This document shows, one piece after another, positions 31,404-41,583 of a DNA stretch of 64,000 nt. This DNA is from Sedimenticolaceae bacterium. GTDB lineage: Bacteria; Pseudomonadota; Gammaproteobacteria; Chromatiales; Chromatiaceae. How positions within the stretch are numbered: position 1 is the stretch's first letter; each line of letters begins with the position of its first letter. The position numbers and the translations under genes are program-made. The stretch is taken from the NCBI GenBank assembly GCA_050291465.1, contig JBNKJV010000009.1:52442-116441 (forward strand). Direction: 5' to 3'. Below the pieces are notes generated by a model. The model searched no databases. It was given only the letters and a program-made list of their open reading frames with translations, and had not been told where the DNA came from.

Positions 31404-32246
31404 ATGGGGATCCGTCTCATGACAAATAATGAAAACAACGAATTCCCGGAGCAGTGGTTCCAGGAATGTCCCGTTGCCATGCTGACTCTGGATAGCCGCG
31501 GTCATATCCACCAGGTCAACCGTGCGCTTCAGGAACTCATCGGCGTCGATCCCGAAGAGCTGACGGGACACAACGCCGAAACCCTCCCTTACCCTAACCT
31601 GCGGGGTTTGTTCGACGGTGCCGGTCAATTTCAGCTTACGGACCCTGACAGGGGCATACGCTGGTACCAGTGTGTGGCGCGCGACATCCCGGCCTCCGGC
31701 ACCGTTATGCACTGTTTTCAGGATGTTACGGAAATAGTTCATCTGCAGGAAAAGAACGGCCAGCTGCGTCAGCAACTTGACGATCTGGCGATTACCGACG
31801 CACTGACCGGCATGGCCAACAGCCGCGCCCTCAATCGTGCCCTTAACGCCCAGGTAACCCGCAGCCGCCGTTACCATAACCCTCTCAGCCTGGCGGTGGT
31901 GGAGGTGAACCTGGGAGATTCGAAGCTGGCCCCGTCGGATGAGGTGCTACTGGCGGTCAGCCGGTTCCTGCGCGATCGGCTGCGCTGGGTTGATGTGATC
32001 GCTCGCGTGAATGAAAACCAGTTCGTACTGGTGCTGCCGGAAACCACCATCGACGACGGACGAAGACTGCTGAACAAGATTCATCAGGGTTTTACCGATA
32101 CGGAATTGCTCGACGGGGTTGCCCGCCAGTCGGTCCGTCTCTATATCGGTCTGGCGGAGTGGCAAAAAGGCAACGACGCCCGGCTGCTGACGAAGAGGGC
32201 AATGGAGGCGCTGGCGATGGAAAAAGAGGCCGACACCTCCTCGTAG
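31404..32246 (+). CDS. PAS domain protein with a degenerate GGDEF domain
   Basis: 280-aa ORF with a PAS-like N-terminus. The GGDEF fold starts at DALTGMANSRAL, but the signature motif reads NENQF (nt 32010-32024). The usual metal-binding D-x-D site reads EVN. Confidence 0.75.
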   Translation: MGIRLMTNNENNEFPEQWFQECPVAMLTLDSRGHIHQVNRALQELIGVDPEELTGHNAETLPYPNLRGLFDGAGQFQLTDPDRGIRWYQCVARDIPASGTVMHCFQDVTEIVHLQEKNGQLRQQLDDLAITDALTGMANSRALNRALNAQVTRSRRYHNPLSLAVVEVNLGDSKLAPSDEVLLAVSRFLRDRLRWVDVIARVNENQFVLVLPETTIDDGRRLLNKIHQGFTDTELLDGVARQSVRLYIGLAEWQKGNDARLLTKRAMEALAMEKEADTSS

Positions 32247-32265
32247 GCCTGATGGTTAGCTCCCA

Positions 32266-35115
32266 ATGGCAAAGGCGGTTGATTTCCGGGACGGTATAGG
32301 TCGCAAAGAGATCAGTCTGGTCCGCCGTCGTTTCCTCGGTCTGCAGCGGGAACGACTGCGCAGGATCGAGGCCGAACTGTCCCCCGCCCAGCGCGACTAC
32401 CTCAACCTCCTGCCGCTGCTGTTCCACATCAACCACCCGCTGCTCCCCGGCTTCGTGGGCAGCGAAACCCCGGCCGGGGTGGTGGACTACTCACCCTCAA
32501 GGGCGATAATACGCACCGCCCGCAAGATGAGCCGCAGCTTTTCCTATAAAAAAAGGGCGCGCCGGCGTTACCCGATACAGGGCATCTATATCATGGGCAG
32601 TATCGGCAGTATCGCGCACACCTCCGGCAGTGACTTCGATGTCTGGCTCTGTTTTGACCCGAAGCTGAAGCCGGAGCAATTGGACGCCCTCAGGGAAAAA
32701 CGGATCAAGCTGGAGAAATGGGCCAAGGCCCTGGAGCTGGAGGTACATATCTTCATCATGGACGTGGACGCCTTCCGCCGCGGTGACCGGGAAGCCCTCT
32801 CCCACGAGAGCAGCGGCACCACCCAGCGCCATCTGTTGCTGGAGGAGTTCTACCGTACCGGCATCCTGCTGGCGGGACGCCACCCCATCTGGTGGCTGGT
32901 ACCACCGGAGGAGGAACACAATTACAGTGAATACGTGCGCATGTTGCTGCGAAAGCGCTTCGTGGATGAGAGGGATTGTCTCGACTTCGGCGGACTTGAG
33001 AACACGCCGGCGGATGAATTTTTCGGAGCCGCCCACTGGCAACTCTACAAGGGCATCGAGGCGCCCTATAAGGCTTTGCTCAAGCTGCTGCTGATCGAGG
33101 CCTACTCCCGGGACTTTCCCGATATCCGCTGGCTTTGCCAGGTCACCAAAGAGTCGCTGTATGCCGGCAATCTGAACACCAACGAGCTGGATCCCTATCT
33201 GCTCCTCTACCGCCGTGTGGAGCAGTATCTGCGGGAGCGAAATCAGTTGGAACGTCTGGAACTGGCCCGCCGTTGCTTCTATTTCAAAACGGAACAGACC
33301 CTCAGCCGGGCGCAGATACTCAAAACGGAAAAGTGGCAGCGGGAATTTCTGCTCTCGCTGGTGGGCGAATGGCAATGGGACAAGGCCCGACTTATAACCC
33401 TGGACACCCGAAACGACTGGAAAATCGACCAGGTTCTGGAGGAGCGCAACACCCTGGTACGGGAGCTTACCAGCAGCTACCGGGTATTAACCGAATTCTC
33501 CCGAACCCACGCCTCCTCAGGACAGATCGATCCCGAGGAACTGAATCTCCTCGGCCGCAAGCTTTTTACCGCACTGGAGAAGCAGCCAGGAAAGATCGAC
33601 AGTATCAACCCGGGGATTTCGCGCAACCTGGTGGAAAAGTATCTCTCCCTTCACTTCAATCGCTGGGAACAGGGGGAAGAGCGCTGGACACTCTATCGCG
33701 GCGAGGTGAACGAGGGGTCAGCCCGTTCCGCAATTCCGGTGAAAACCACCGCCAGCCTGCTGGAGATGCTGGCCTGGATCCACCTCAACGGCCTGGCCAG
33801 CCGCAGTACGGTGATCGCGTTGTTTCCGGCGGATTCTCCGGTGGCCCCGAAAGAGCTCCACTCGCTGCTCAACTGCCTGCGCCGCAACTACACCTTTCCC
33901 CACCCTCAGGTAGTGAGCATGAAGGCCCTTTCCGGCCCTGCCCACGCCACCTCCTGCACCTTGTTCGTCAATACCGGCACGGATCCCATGGAACATCTCT
34001 CCAAGGAGGGCAAACAGCTAACCAGCGATCGCAGCGACCCCCTGAGCTTCGGCGCCAATCACAGCTGTCTGGTAAAGAGCGTGGATGCCCTGTTGACCAC
34101 AAGTTGGGGCGAAGTGCTGCTGACCCAACAACAGAACACCAGCGGTCTGGCCGAGTCCCTCTGCCACTACCTGCGTCTGACGCTGCAGATCCGCCCGCGG
34201 GCGGTCCCGCCGGAGGTAACCGCTTTCGGCTTCGCCTCGATCCGGGCCACGTCGATCGCACATCGGGCGGCGCGGCTATTCAATGACGCATGTCACCATC
34301 TGGGGCCGGGCGGTGTCGGCCCGGAAGGTCGCTTTCTCTTTCGGGCGGATGACGATTTCTACCTGGTTCAGAAGACCGCAGATGAATTCGGTTATCTCAC
34401 ATTCGGGACGCAGGAAGAGTTGCTGGAAGAGCTGGCACAGCCCCAGCACTGTTTCCGTCCTGTGGTCATCGACCAGGGGCTGCTTGACGAGACCCCCCTG
34501 CCCGCCCTGCTGCAGCAAAACCGCGAAGGCAGTATTCAGCTCTTTTACTATAGCGGCAAAGAGGGGATCACCCTCTATGTCCTCGACGAGCAGGGGGCGC
34601 TGTTTACCCAGATCATACGAGGCAGCAGCGAACGCCAGTTGCTGGACCGGGAGCAACGTTTCTTTAACGAACTGAACATGTTGCGCAGCCTGCGCTCCGG
34701 CCAGTATGACCACCAGCAACTGCTGTCTGTTCCGGAATATTACAAGTTGAGTCGTGATCGGGACGGATTCTGGCATATGAAAACACTCGACCCGCCCCGT
34801 AGCCGTATCGCGGAGGAGTATCTGGATCTACGCCTGATCACCGAGGGGTTGGACCTGCGGCAGTCACCCCATCTTCTGATCTGCGGCAACCGGGAGTTCA
34901 GTTCCCTGGAATACGGCGCTGAGCTGTTTCACGAGGCGGCCCGCCATATCGTTGACCAACGCGGGGAGCAGAATCTCTACCCGATCTACCTCACCGGGCT
35001 GGAATTCTCCAGCTCCTCCTTTGAATCCAGCTGGTCGACCATTGAACTGCTTAATCTCAAGAAGCGTCTGGAGCGGCGGCTAAATCAGGCACTGGACGAT
35101 ATCATCAGTCCCTGA
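32266..35115 (+). CDS. cyaA: class I adenylate cyclase
   Basis: 949-aa ORF that is collinear with E. coli CyaA (LLPLLFHINHPLLPGF, GSDFDVWLCF, GTTQRHLLLEEFYRT, WQLYKGIEAPYKALLKLLLIEAY). Confidence 0.93.
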   Translation: MAKAVDFRDGIGRKEISLVRRRFLGLQRERLRRIEAELSPAQRDYLNLLPLLFHINHPLLPGFVGSETPAGVVDYSPSRAIIRTARKMSRSFSYKKRARRRYPIQGIYIMGSIGSIAHTSGSDFDVWLCFDPKLKPEQLDALREKRIKLEKWAKALELEVHIFIMDVDAFRRGDREALSHESSGTTQRHLLLEEFYRTGILLAGRHPIWWLVPPEEEHNYSEYVRMLLRKRFVDERDCLDFGGLENTPADEFFGAAHWQLYKGIEAPYKALLKLLLIEAYSRDFPDIRWLCQVTKESLYAGNLNTNELDPYLLLYRRVEQYLRERNQLERLELARRCFYFKTEQTLSRAQILKTEKWQREFLLSLVGEWQWDKARLITLDTRNDWKIDQVLEERNTLVRELTSSYRVLTEFSRTHASSGQIDPEELNLLGRKLFTALEKQPGKIDSINPGISRNLVEKYLSLHFNRWEQGEERWTLYRGEVNEGSARSAIPVKTTASLLEMLAWIHLNGLASRSTVIALFPADSPVAPKELHSLLNCLRRNYTFPHPQVVSMKALSGPAHATSCTLFVNTGTDPMEHLSKEGKQLTSDRSDPLSFGANHSCLVKSVDALLTTSWGEVLLTQQQNTSGLAESLCHYLRLTLQIRPRAVPPEVTAFGFASIRATSIAHRAARLFNDACHHLGPGGVGPEGRFLFRADDDFYLVQKTADEFGYLTFGTQEELLEELAQPQHCFRPVVIDQGLLDETPLPALLQQNREGSIQLFYYSGKEGITLYVLDEQGALFTQIIRGSSERQLLDREQRFFNELNMLRSLRSGQYDHQQLLSVPEYYKLSRDRDGFWHMKTLDPPRSRIAEEYLDLRLITEGLDLRQSPHLLICGNREFSSLEYGAELFHEAARHIVDQRGEQNLYPIYLTGLEFSSSSFESSWSTIELLNLKKRLERRLNQALDDIISP

Positions 35116-35205
35116 CGCAGACGGTATATCCACCAAACGGGGTTAACCCACCCATGGCACTCGGTTTATACTGGGGCCATTCATCAAGATATCGGAGCAC
35201 CCGTC

Positions 35206-35346
35206 ATGTCCACCCGCCTGCTCAATCTTTCCCGGTTTCTGCTGCTCGTTGTTATTCTCGCCGTCACCCAGTCCGGATGCGGGCAGAAGGGGGCTCTTTA
35301 TCTGCCGGATGACAACTCGCGGCAGGAAGAGGAAGACCGCCGCTAA
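35206..35346 (+). CDS. lptM: small lipoprotein LptM/YifL family
   Basis: Not in the ORF track (46 aa). I translate it as MSTRLLNLSRFLLLVVILAVTQSGCGQKGALYLPDDNSRQEEEDRR. It has a lipobox (SGC) and the GxKGxLYLP motif, and the conserved position just upstream of dapF. Confidence 0.75.
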   Translation: MSTRLLNLSRFLLLVVILAVTQSGCGQKGALYLPDDNSRQEEEDRR

Positions 35347-35397
35347 TACCAAACAACCGCCCCTACCGATCACTCGCCGCCGGCGATAGCAATCACC

Positions 35398-36228
35398 GTG
35401 AAAATCGAATTTACCAAGATGCATGGTCTCGGCAACGACTTCGTCGTCATCGATGCAACCCGGCAAAAGATCGAACTGAGCGGCGATCAATGCCGGCATA
35501 TAGCCGAGCGTCGCTTCGGGGTCGGCTGCGATCAGATCCTGTTGGTGGAGCCGCCGCGCGATACAGTAACCGATTTTCACTATCGAATTTTCAACGCAGA
35601 CGGTTCGGAAGTGGAGCAGTGCGGAAACGGTGCCAGGTGTTTTGCACGCTTTGTTCACGACCAGGGGTTAACGGATAAAAAAGAAATCGATGTCGGTACC
35701 CTGGCGGGAAATATCCGGCTCTATCTGGAAGCAAACGGACAAGTCCGCGTGAACATGGGCGCGCCCATACTGGAGCCGGAGCGCATCCCTTTCCAGGCGG
35801 AGCACTTCTCCACCGACTACGACATCGAGGTGGCTGACCGGCACTATCAGATCGGCGCCGTTTCCATGGGAAATCCCCACGCCGTCCTCCAGGTGGGAGA
35901 CGTCGACTCGGCGCCAGTGCAGGAGTTGGGGGCGCTGCTCGAGGTACACCCCCGCTTCCCCCGCAGAGTGAACGTAGGATTTATGCAGGTTCTGTCCCGT
36001 AACCATATACGTCTGAGGGTATTCGAACGGGGTACCGGAGAAACCCTTGCCTGCGGAACCGGCGCGTGTGCGGCGGTGGTCAGCGGCCAGATCCGGAATC
36101 TGCTGAATGAAGAGGTAAAGGTCAGCCTACGAGGCGGCGATCTTGTGATAAAGTGGCAGGGAGGAGATGCGCCGGTCTGGATGACAGGTCCGGCAGTTTC
36201 TGTCTACAAGGGGAGTATTGAACTATGA
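35398..36228 (+). CDS. dapF: diaminopimelate epimerase
   Basis: 276-aa ORF with a GTG start. Motifs are [10 protein letters not shown] plus the two catalytic-Cys motifs, CGNGARC and ACGTGACA. Confidence 0.95.
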   Translation: MKIEFTKMHGLGNDFVVIDATRQKIELSGDQCRHIAERRFGVGCDQILLVEPPRDTVTDFHYRIFNADGSEVEQCGNGARCFARFVHDQGLTDKKEIDVGTLAGNIRLYLEANGQVRVNMGAPILEPERIPFQAEHFSTDYDIEVADRHYQIGAVSMGNPHAVLQVGDVDSAPVQELGALLEVHPRFPRRVNVGFMQVLSRNHIRLRVFERGTGETLACGTGACAAVVSGQIRNLLNEEVKVSLRGGDLVIKWQGGDAPVWMTGPAVSVYKGSIEL

Positions 36229-36899
36229 GCCCGCACCCGGACGAAAACAAAATACCAGAAGAGCTGGAACAAACGGTTGTCGATTACCTGAATGACCATC
36301 CGGACTTTTTTGAACACCATCCCGGACTGTTGAGCTCCCTCGATCTCGCCCACCAGAGTAACGGCACTTCATCTCTGATCGAACGTCAGGTCAAAACCCT
36401 GCGCGACGAGGCCTCGCGTTACAAACAACAGCTCGACGCACTGATGGTGGTAGCTCGGGAAAACGAGGAAATCAATCAGCGTCTTCACGATCTGACGCTT
36501 ACCCTGATCGATACCATCGATTTCGATGAGGCCATCAACGCCCTGCAGGACAAACTGTACGATGATTTCAAGGCGGAGGGTGTGGAGTTTCATCTCTTCT
36601 CCCACTATGACGAAGAGGCCAATCCGGACCTGGATGGCTTCAAGGATTTCCTTGAGAAGGGCAAACCCTGGTGCGGCCAGCTGGACCCGGAAAAACGCAC
36701 CTATCTGTTCGGACCGCAGGCGGAGGATATCCAGTCCACCGCCATGATACCTATCGAAGGAGAGGGTGTTCTGGGTGTACTGGCCATCGGCAGCAGCGAT
36801 ATCGACCGTTTTCATCCCGACAAGGGAACGGAGTACCTTACCCGCCTGGGCGACATCATCAGTAAGACCCTGGAGGTGGTATCCGAACCCGGATTCTGA
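36225..36899 (+). CDS. DUF484 family protein (YigA-like)
   Basis: 224-aa ORF in the conserved slot between dapF and xerC. It has a GAF-like C-terminal half. Confidence 0.8.
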   Translation: MSPHPDENKIPEELEQTVVDYLNDHPDFFEHHPGLLSSLDLAHQSNGTSSLIERQVKTLRDEASRYKQQLDALMVVARENEEINQRLHDLTLTLIDTIDFDEAINALQDKLYDDFKAEGVEFHLFSHYDEEANPDLDGFKDFLEKGKPWCGQLDPEKRTYLFGPQAEDIQSTAMIPIEGEGVLGVLAIGSSDIDRFHPDKGTEYLTRLGDIISKTLEVVSEPGF

Positions 36900-37807
36900 T
36901 GACCGTAGAAAACCCTCTGCAGCACTGGATCGACCGCTTTCTTGACCACCTGCGCCATGAGCGCCGCCTGTCGCCCCTTACCCTGAAGAACTACGCCGTC
37001 GACCTGGAACAGATCCGAGCATGGTGCGCCGGCGAGGGAATAACCTCCTGGACACATCTGGATCAGCACCAGGTCCGCAGTTACGTGGCCAAACGCCACC
37101 GGGGCGGACTTTCGGGCAAAAGCCTGCAGCGGGAACTTTCCACCCTGCGCAGCCTGTTCCGTTATCTGCTGAGGGAGGGCGAAGCGGAGGCCAATCCGGC
37201 CCAGGGGGTACGCGCCCCCAAAGTGGGTCGCCGACTACCGGCCACCCTTGATGCCGACCAACTGAAGCGGTTGCTGGACACCCCCGCTGAAACCGCGCTG
37301 GAACAGCGTGACCTGGCCATGATGGAACTGATCTACTCCTCCGGTCTGCGCTTGGCCGAGCTGGTCTCCCTGGATCTGAGTGATATCGATCTCAGCGGTG
37401 ATGCCACGCTCGAGGTAACCGGCAAAGGGGCCAAGAGCAGGCAGGTTCCGGTAGGCCGCAAGGCGCGGGAGTCCCTGAGGTGCTGGCTGCAGGCGCGGGA
37501 CGATCTGGCCGCCCCGCAGGAGACGGCGCTGTTTGTCAGCCGGCGCGGAACCCGGATCCACCCACGCACCGTCCAACAACGCCTGAAGCGCTGGGCTGTC
37601 GCCCACGGCGCCACCCGCAACCTCCATCCCCATCTGCTGCGCCACTCCTTCGCCAGTCACCTGCTGGAATCCTCCGGCGACCTGCGCGCGGTGCAGGAGC
37701 TCCTGGGTCACGCCGATATCAGCACCACCCAGATCTACACCCATCTCGACTTCCAGCATCTGGCCCGGGTCTACGACCAGGCCCATCCGCGGGCGAAAAA
37801 GAAATAG
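36899..37807 (+). CDS. xerC: tyrosine recombinase XerC
   Basis: 302-aa ORF with GKGAKSRQVP, HLLRHSFASHLL and LLGHADISTTQIYTH. It sits in the dapF-DUF484-xerC housekeeping context. Confidence 0.9.
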   Translation: MTVENPLQHWIDRFLDHLRHERRLSPLTLKNYAVDLEQIRAWCAGEGITSWTHLDQHQVRSYVAKRHRGGLSGKSLQRELSTLRSLFRYLLREGEAEANPAQGVRAPKVGRRLPATLDADQLKRLLDTPAETALEQRDLAMMELIYSSGLRLAELVSLDLSDIDLSGDATLEVTGKGAKSRQVPVGRKARESLRCWLQARDDLAAPQETALFVSRRGTRIHPRTVQQRLKRWAVAHGATRNLHPHLLRHSFASHLLESSGDLRAVQELLGHADISTTQIYTHLDFQHLARVYDQAHPRAKKK

Positions 37808-37887
37808 CAGACCCGTCGGCCTGTATTCGACGCAAGGACAACAGGTCATTCCGAACGGAAGCCGCGCCTTTGCGTCTCTAGGCCAAG

Positions 37888-38736
37888 TTAAGTACCGGCC
37901 TTCTCCGGTTGCAGAGGGGCCCCGCAATACTTGCAATGACTGGCGTCCGCGTCATGCCCGTCCCTGGAACAGGAGGGGCATGCCCCGATTTGCATGGAAT
38001 GGCGCACTGACCGGGCTATTTCCAGAGCGAATATACCGGTGGGGATGATGATCAGGCTGTAGCCGAGCAGCATGGCAATCGCCGCTACAACCTGCCCCAG
38101 CAGGGTTTGCGGTGCGATATCGCCGTAGCCGACGGTAGTGACGGTAACGATAGCCCAGTAGAAGCCGGCGGGAATGCTGGTGAATCCACTCTCCTCCCCC
38201 TCAATCACGTACAGCATGGCGCCGAGAATGAGGGAAATGATCAGTACCGTGGCAAAAAACACCATGATCTTGTGGCGAGTGGCCCGCAGCGCCCGCATCA
38301 GCGCCATCACCTCTTCCAGATAACGGGCCAGCTTGAAGATACGAAATATCCGCAACAGGCGTATGGCGCGTATCACCATCAGCGACTGGGTTCCGGCAAA
38401 TATCAACCCCAGGAAGAACGGCAGAATCGCCAGCAGATCGATAATGCCGAAAAAGCTCCTGGCATAATGCAGGGGGTGGCGGACACTCCATAACCGCAAA
38501 ATATACTCAACGGTAAACAGCAGCGTTATAACCACTTCGGCAACACGCAGATAGGCACCATACTCCAGCCGTATCGACGTCACGCTCTCCAGCACAACCG
38601 CCAAAACCGAAATCAGGATGCTCACCAGCAACAGTTCGTCGAACAGCTTCCCGGCCGGGGTTTCCGCCAGAAAAATGATGTCATGCAGACGGCGGCGGAG
38701 CGGGTTACGTCTATCTTGTGTATCAAGTTCGGTCAT
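37888..38736 (-). CDS. voltage-gated (Kv-type) potassium channel with a C-terminal zinc ribbon
   Basis: 282-aa ORF with six TM segments. The S4 helix has Arg at every third position (VIRAIRLLRIFRIFKLAR). The selectivity filter is TVGYGD, and the tail is CPSC...CKYC. Confidence 0.85.
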   Translation of the reverse strand: MTELDTQDRRNPLRRRLHDIIFLAETPAGKLFDELLLVSILISVLAVVLESVTSIRLEYGAYLRVAEVVITLLFTVEYILRLWSVRHPLHYARSFFGIIDLLAILPFFLGLIFAGTQSLMVIRAIRLLRIFRIFKLARYLEEVMALMRALRATRHKIMVFFATVLIISLILGAMLYVIEGEESGFTSIPAGFYWAIVTVTTVGYGDIAPQTLLGQVVAAIAMLLGYSLIIIPTGIFALEIARSVRHSMQIGACPSCSRDGHDADASHCKYCGAPLQPEKAGT

Positions 38737-38878
38737 CTGCTTCCCTCCGTTTCAACCGTAACCGATGCCCATGGGATTGAAAAGAATGTTTTTGCCCGGA
38801 ACCGGTCGTAAAAACACCCGGCGGTAATTTGAAATGCGCTTCGTTCCCCCTGTTTATAACCGAATCTGCGACAACCCC

Positions 38879-38907
38879 CTTGAAATCCTTCTTGATTTTC
38901 ACCATTT
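38879..38907 (+). promoter_or_regulatory. sigma-32 (heat-shock) promoter of hslVU
   Basis: CTTGAAA (38879-38885), 14 nt, then CACCATTT (38900-38907), against the consensus CTTGAAA-N13-15-CCCCATnT. It lies about 47 nt upstream of the hslV start. hslVU is a known sigma-32 regulon member in E. coli. Confidence 0.75.
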
Positions 38908-38953
38908 GTGTTCGGGTAAAATAGACGGTTTTCCGGAATCAAGGACATTCAGC

Positions 38954-39493
38954 GTGGAGCCACTCAAGGGCACGACCATTCTTTCCATACGACGCGACGG
39001 TAAAGTGGTGATCGGCGGCGACGGCCAGGTCTCCATGGGCAATACCGTTATGAAGGGCAACGCCCGGAAAGTGCGTCGACTCTATAAAAACCAGGTACTG
39101 GCGGGTTTTGCCGGAGCGACGGCGGACGCCTTCACCCTTTTCGAGCGGTTTGAGGCGAAGCTGGAAAAACATCACGGCCACCTCACCCGCGCGGCAGTGG
39201 AACTGGCCAAGGACTGGCGCACCGACCGCATGCTGCGGCGGTTGGAGGCGTTACTTTGCGTGGCGGACGCCAGTGCCTCCCTGATCATCTCCGGGACCGG
39301 CGACGTCATAGAGCCGGAAGCGAGCCTGATGGCCATCGGTTCCGGCGGTGCCTATGCCCAGGCGGCGGCCCGGGCACTACTGGAAAATACGGAGTTGGGC
39401 GCTCGGGAGATCGTGGAAAAGGGGCTCTCCATCGCCGCCGACATCTGCGTCTACACTAATCACAACCTGGTCATTGAAGAGCTGGAATGTTGA
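38954..39493 (+). CDS. hslV: ATP-dependent protease subunit HslV
   Basis: [37 protein letters not shown] matches HslV. The track ORF starts at 38834 but would then contain the sigma-32 promoter. I prefer the in-frame GTG 38954, which leaves a short (M)EPLKG extension before the catalytic Thr. Confidence 0.85.
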   Translation: MEPLKGTTILSIRRDGKVVIGGDGQVSMGNTVMKGNARKVRRLYKNQVLAGFAGATADAFTLFERFEAKLEKHHGHLTRAAVELAKDWRTDRMLRRLEALLCVADASASLIISGTGDVIEPEASLMAIGSGGAYAQAAARALLENTELGAREIVEKGLSIAADICVYTNHNLVIEELEC

Positions 39494-39667
39494 TATAGCC
39501 GTATCTACAACCCAGGCAGGAAACCTGAAAACCCACTGATCAGAAAGGATATCTGCCGTTCGACCGGAGAAAGGCAGCGATATCGCTCAAACTGCCACGG
39601 GTAACGAAAGGATCTTTCCGTAGTCCATACAGAGACCTGTTTTCGAATTTTTCATGCAAAAGATAAT

Positions 39668-41005
39668 ATGTCTGAAATAACCCCCCAAGAGATCGTCCGC
39701 GAGCTGGACAAACACATCATCGGCCAGGCGGCCGCCAAGCGCGCCGTGGCTATCGCCCTGCGCAACCGCTGGCGTCGCGCCCAGCTGGATCCGGAACTGC
39801 GCAACGAAATCACCCCGAAGAATATCCTCATGATCGGCCCCACCGGGGTCGGTAAAACCGAGATCGCCAGACGCTTGGCGCGCCTGGCAAATGCCCCTTT
39901 CATTAAGATTGAGGCGACAAAATTCACCGAGGTGGGGTATGTCGGCCGTGATGTGGAGTCGATCGTCAGGGATCTGGCGGATTCGGCCATGAAAATGGTT
40001 CGCGAGCAGGAACTGGTAAAGGTGCAGGACAAGGCGGCGGAAGCGGCCGAGGAACGGGTGCTCGACGCCTTGTTACCCCGCCCCACCGTCTCCAGCTGGG
40101 AAGAGGAGAGCCGTCCGCTGGCGGAGAACTCCCCCACCCGGGAAAAGTTCCGGCAGAAGATCCGCGACGGCGAAATGGATGACAAGGAGATCGAGATCGA
40201 GGTCTCGGCAGCCCAACTGGGCGTGGAGATCATGGCGCCCCCGGGTATGGAAGAGATGACCAGCCAGCTACAGGGGCTGTTTCAGAACATGGGCAGCGGT
40301 CGTACCCGCAAGCGCAAACTGCGCATCAAGGACGCCCTCAAGATCCTGCAGGACGAGGAGGCGGCTAAACGCATTAACGACGAGGATCTGAAGCTGCGCG
40401 CCCTGGAGATGGTGGAGCAGAACGGCATTGTGTTCCTTGACGAGCTCGACAAGGTCGCCAGCCGCGCCGAGTACGGCGGGCCGGATGTCTCCCGGGAAGG
40501 TGTGCAGCGGGACCTGCTGCCGTTGGTGGAGGGGTGTACCGTTTCCACCAAACAGGGGATGGTGAAAACCGACCATATTCTTTTCATCGCCTCCGGCGCC
40601 TTCCACCTGGCCAAACCCTCCGACCTTATTCCGGAGCTGCAGGGACGTCTGCCGATCCGGGTCGAGCTGGACGCCCTTTCGACCGACGATTTCGAGCGTA
40701 TCCTGACCGAACCCGATGCCTCCCTCACCGACCAGTACCGGGCTTTACTGAAGACCGAAGACATCGCTATCGAGTTTACCGGGACGGGGATACGGCGTAT
40801 CGCCGAGATCGCCTGGCAGGTGAACGAAAGTACCGAGAATATCGGCGCCCGCCGGCTGCACACGGTGATGGAGCGGCTCCTGGAAGGGATCTCCTTTACC
40901 GCCTCGGAACTGCCGGGAACAACGGTGACGATCGATGCGGAATATGTGGATAACAACCTCTCGGAACTGGCCTCGAACGAGGATCTGAGCAGGTTTATAT
41001 TGTGA
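39668..41005 (+). CDS. hslU: ATP-dependent protease ATPase subunit HslU
   Basis: 445-aa ORF with [16 protein letters not shown], Walker A ([15 protein letters not shown]) and Walker B (IVFLDELDK). Confidence 0.95.
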   Translation: MSEITPQEIVRELDKHIIGQAAAKRAVAIALRNRWRRAQLDPELRNEITPKNILMIGPTGVGKTEIARRLARLANAPFIKIEATKFTEVGYVGRDVESIVRDLADSAMKMVREQELVKVQDKAAEAAEERVLDALLPRPTVSSWEEESRPLAENSPTREKFRQKIRDGEMDDKEIEIEVSAAQLGVEIMAPPGMEEMTSQLQGLFQNMGSGRTRKRKLRIKDALKILQDEEAAKRINDEDLKLRALEMVEQNGIVFLDELDKVASRAEYGGPDVSREGVQRDLLPLVEGCTVSTKQGMVKTDHILFIASGAFHLAKPSDLIPELQGRLPIRVELDALSTDDFERILTEPDASLTDQYRALLKTEDIAIEFTGTGIRRIAEIAWQVNESTENIGARRLHTVMERLLEGISFTASELPGTTVTIDAEYVDNNLSELASNEDLSRFIL

Positions 41006-41099
41006 GTGCACGTGATCTGAGGTTTACAGCACCTTGCACTGAAAAACCAACAGGGGTCGTTGTCCTCACCGCCACGCCCCGGATCCGGAGTATCAATAA

Positions 41100-41468
41100 A
41101 TGAGTGAACATACACCAACCGAACTTAATCTTCATCGCCAGTCCAAGGTTCTGGAAATCACCTTCGACGACGGCTCTCACTTCAACCTGCCGTGTGAATA
41201 CCTGCGGGTATACTCTCCCTCCGCCGAGGTGCAGGGGCACGGTCCGGGCCAGGAAGTATTGCAGCTGGGCAAAGAGGATGTGGCCATTGAACAGATCACC
41301 CCGGTGGGCAATTACGCCGTCTGCCTGCACTTCGATGACGGCCACAACACCGGCATCTACTCCTGGGATACCCTCTACAAACTCGGCAAGAACCACGACC
41401 AGAACTGGCAGCGCTATCTTCAGCGCCTGGAAGCGGCCGGGCACAAGCGTAAAGGCAGCGACGCCTAG
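41100..41468 (+). CDS. DUF971 domain protein (gamma-butyrobetaine hydroxylase-like N-terminal domain)
   Basis: 122-aa ORF with LPCEYLRVYSPSAE and GNYAVCLHFDDGHNTGIYSW. It is commonly found just upstream of ubiE. Confidence 0.8.
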   Translation: MSEHTPTELNLHRQSKVLEITFDDGSHFNLPCEYLRVYSPSAEVQGHGPGQEVLQLGKEDVAIEQITPVGNYAVCLHFDDGHNTGIYSWDTLYKLGKNHDQNWQRYLQRLEAAGHKRKGSDA

Positions 41469-41583
41469 CTAGCTTGAGGCGGGAAAACGTATTTGACTCC
41501 TTCTTCGGCAATATTCTCTGCGCCTGGACGTCTCTGCGGTTAAAATGGCTGGTACAAACTGAATTATCCTGAAAAGGCTCAGC

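Noticed and set aside
33135-34286. 383-aa plus-strand ORF in an alternative frame inside cyaA
   Set aside because: It is Pro/Gly/Arg-rich out-of-frame noise, typical of GC-rich coding DNA. The cyaA frame aligns along its whole length with E. coli CyaA.
35140-35170. GGCAC-N5-TTATA resembling a sigma-54 promoter upstream of lptM
   Set aside because: The -12 element lacks the conserved GC dinucleotide, and the -24 element is only partial.
36899-37807. Tyrosine recombinase as a possible island integrase
   Set aside because: It sits in the conserved dapF-DUF484-xerC housekeeping arrangement with native composition. It is about 7.6 kb from the AT-rich islet, and core genes lie between them.
38834-38953. 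Upstream extension of hslV used by the ORF track
   Set aside because: It would place the sigma-32 promoter inside the coding region, and it adds 40 residues with no similarity to HslV.
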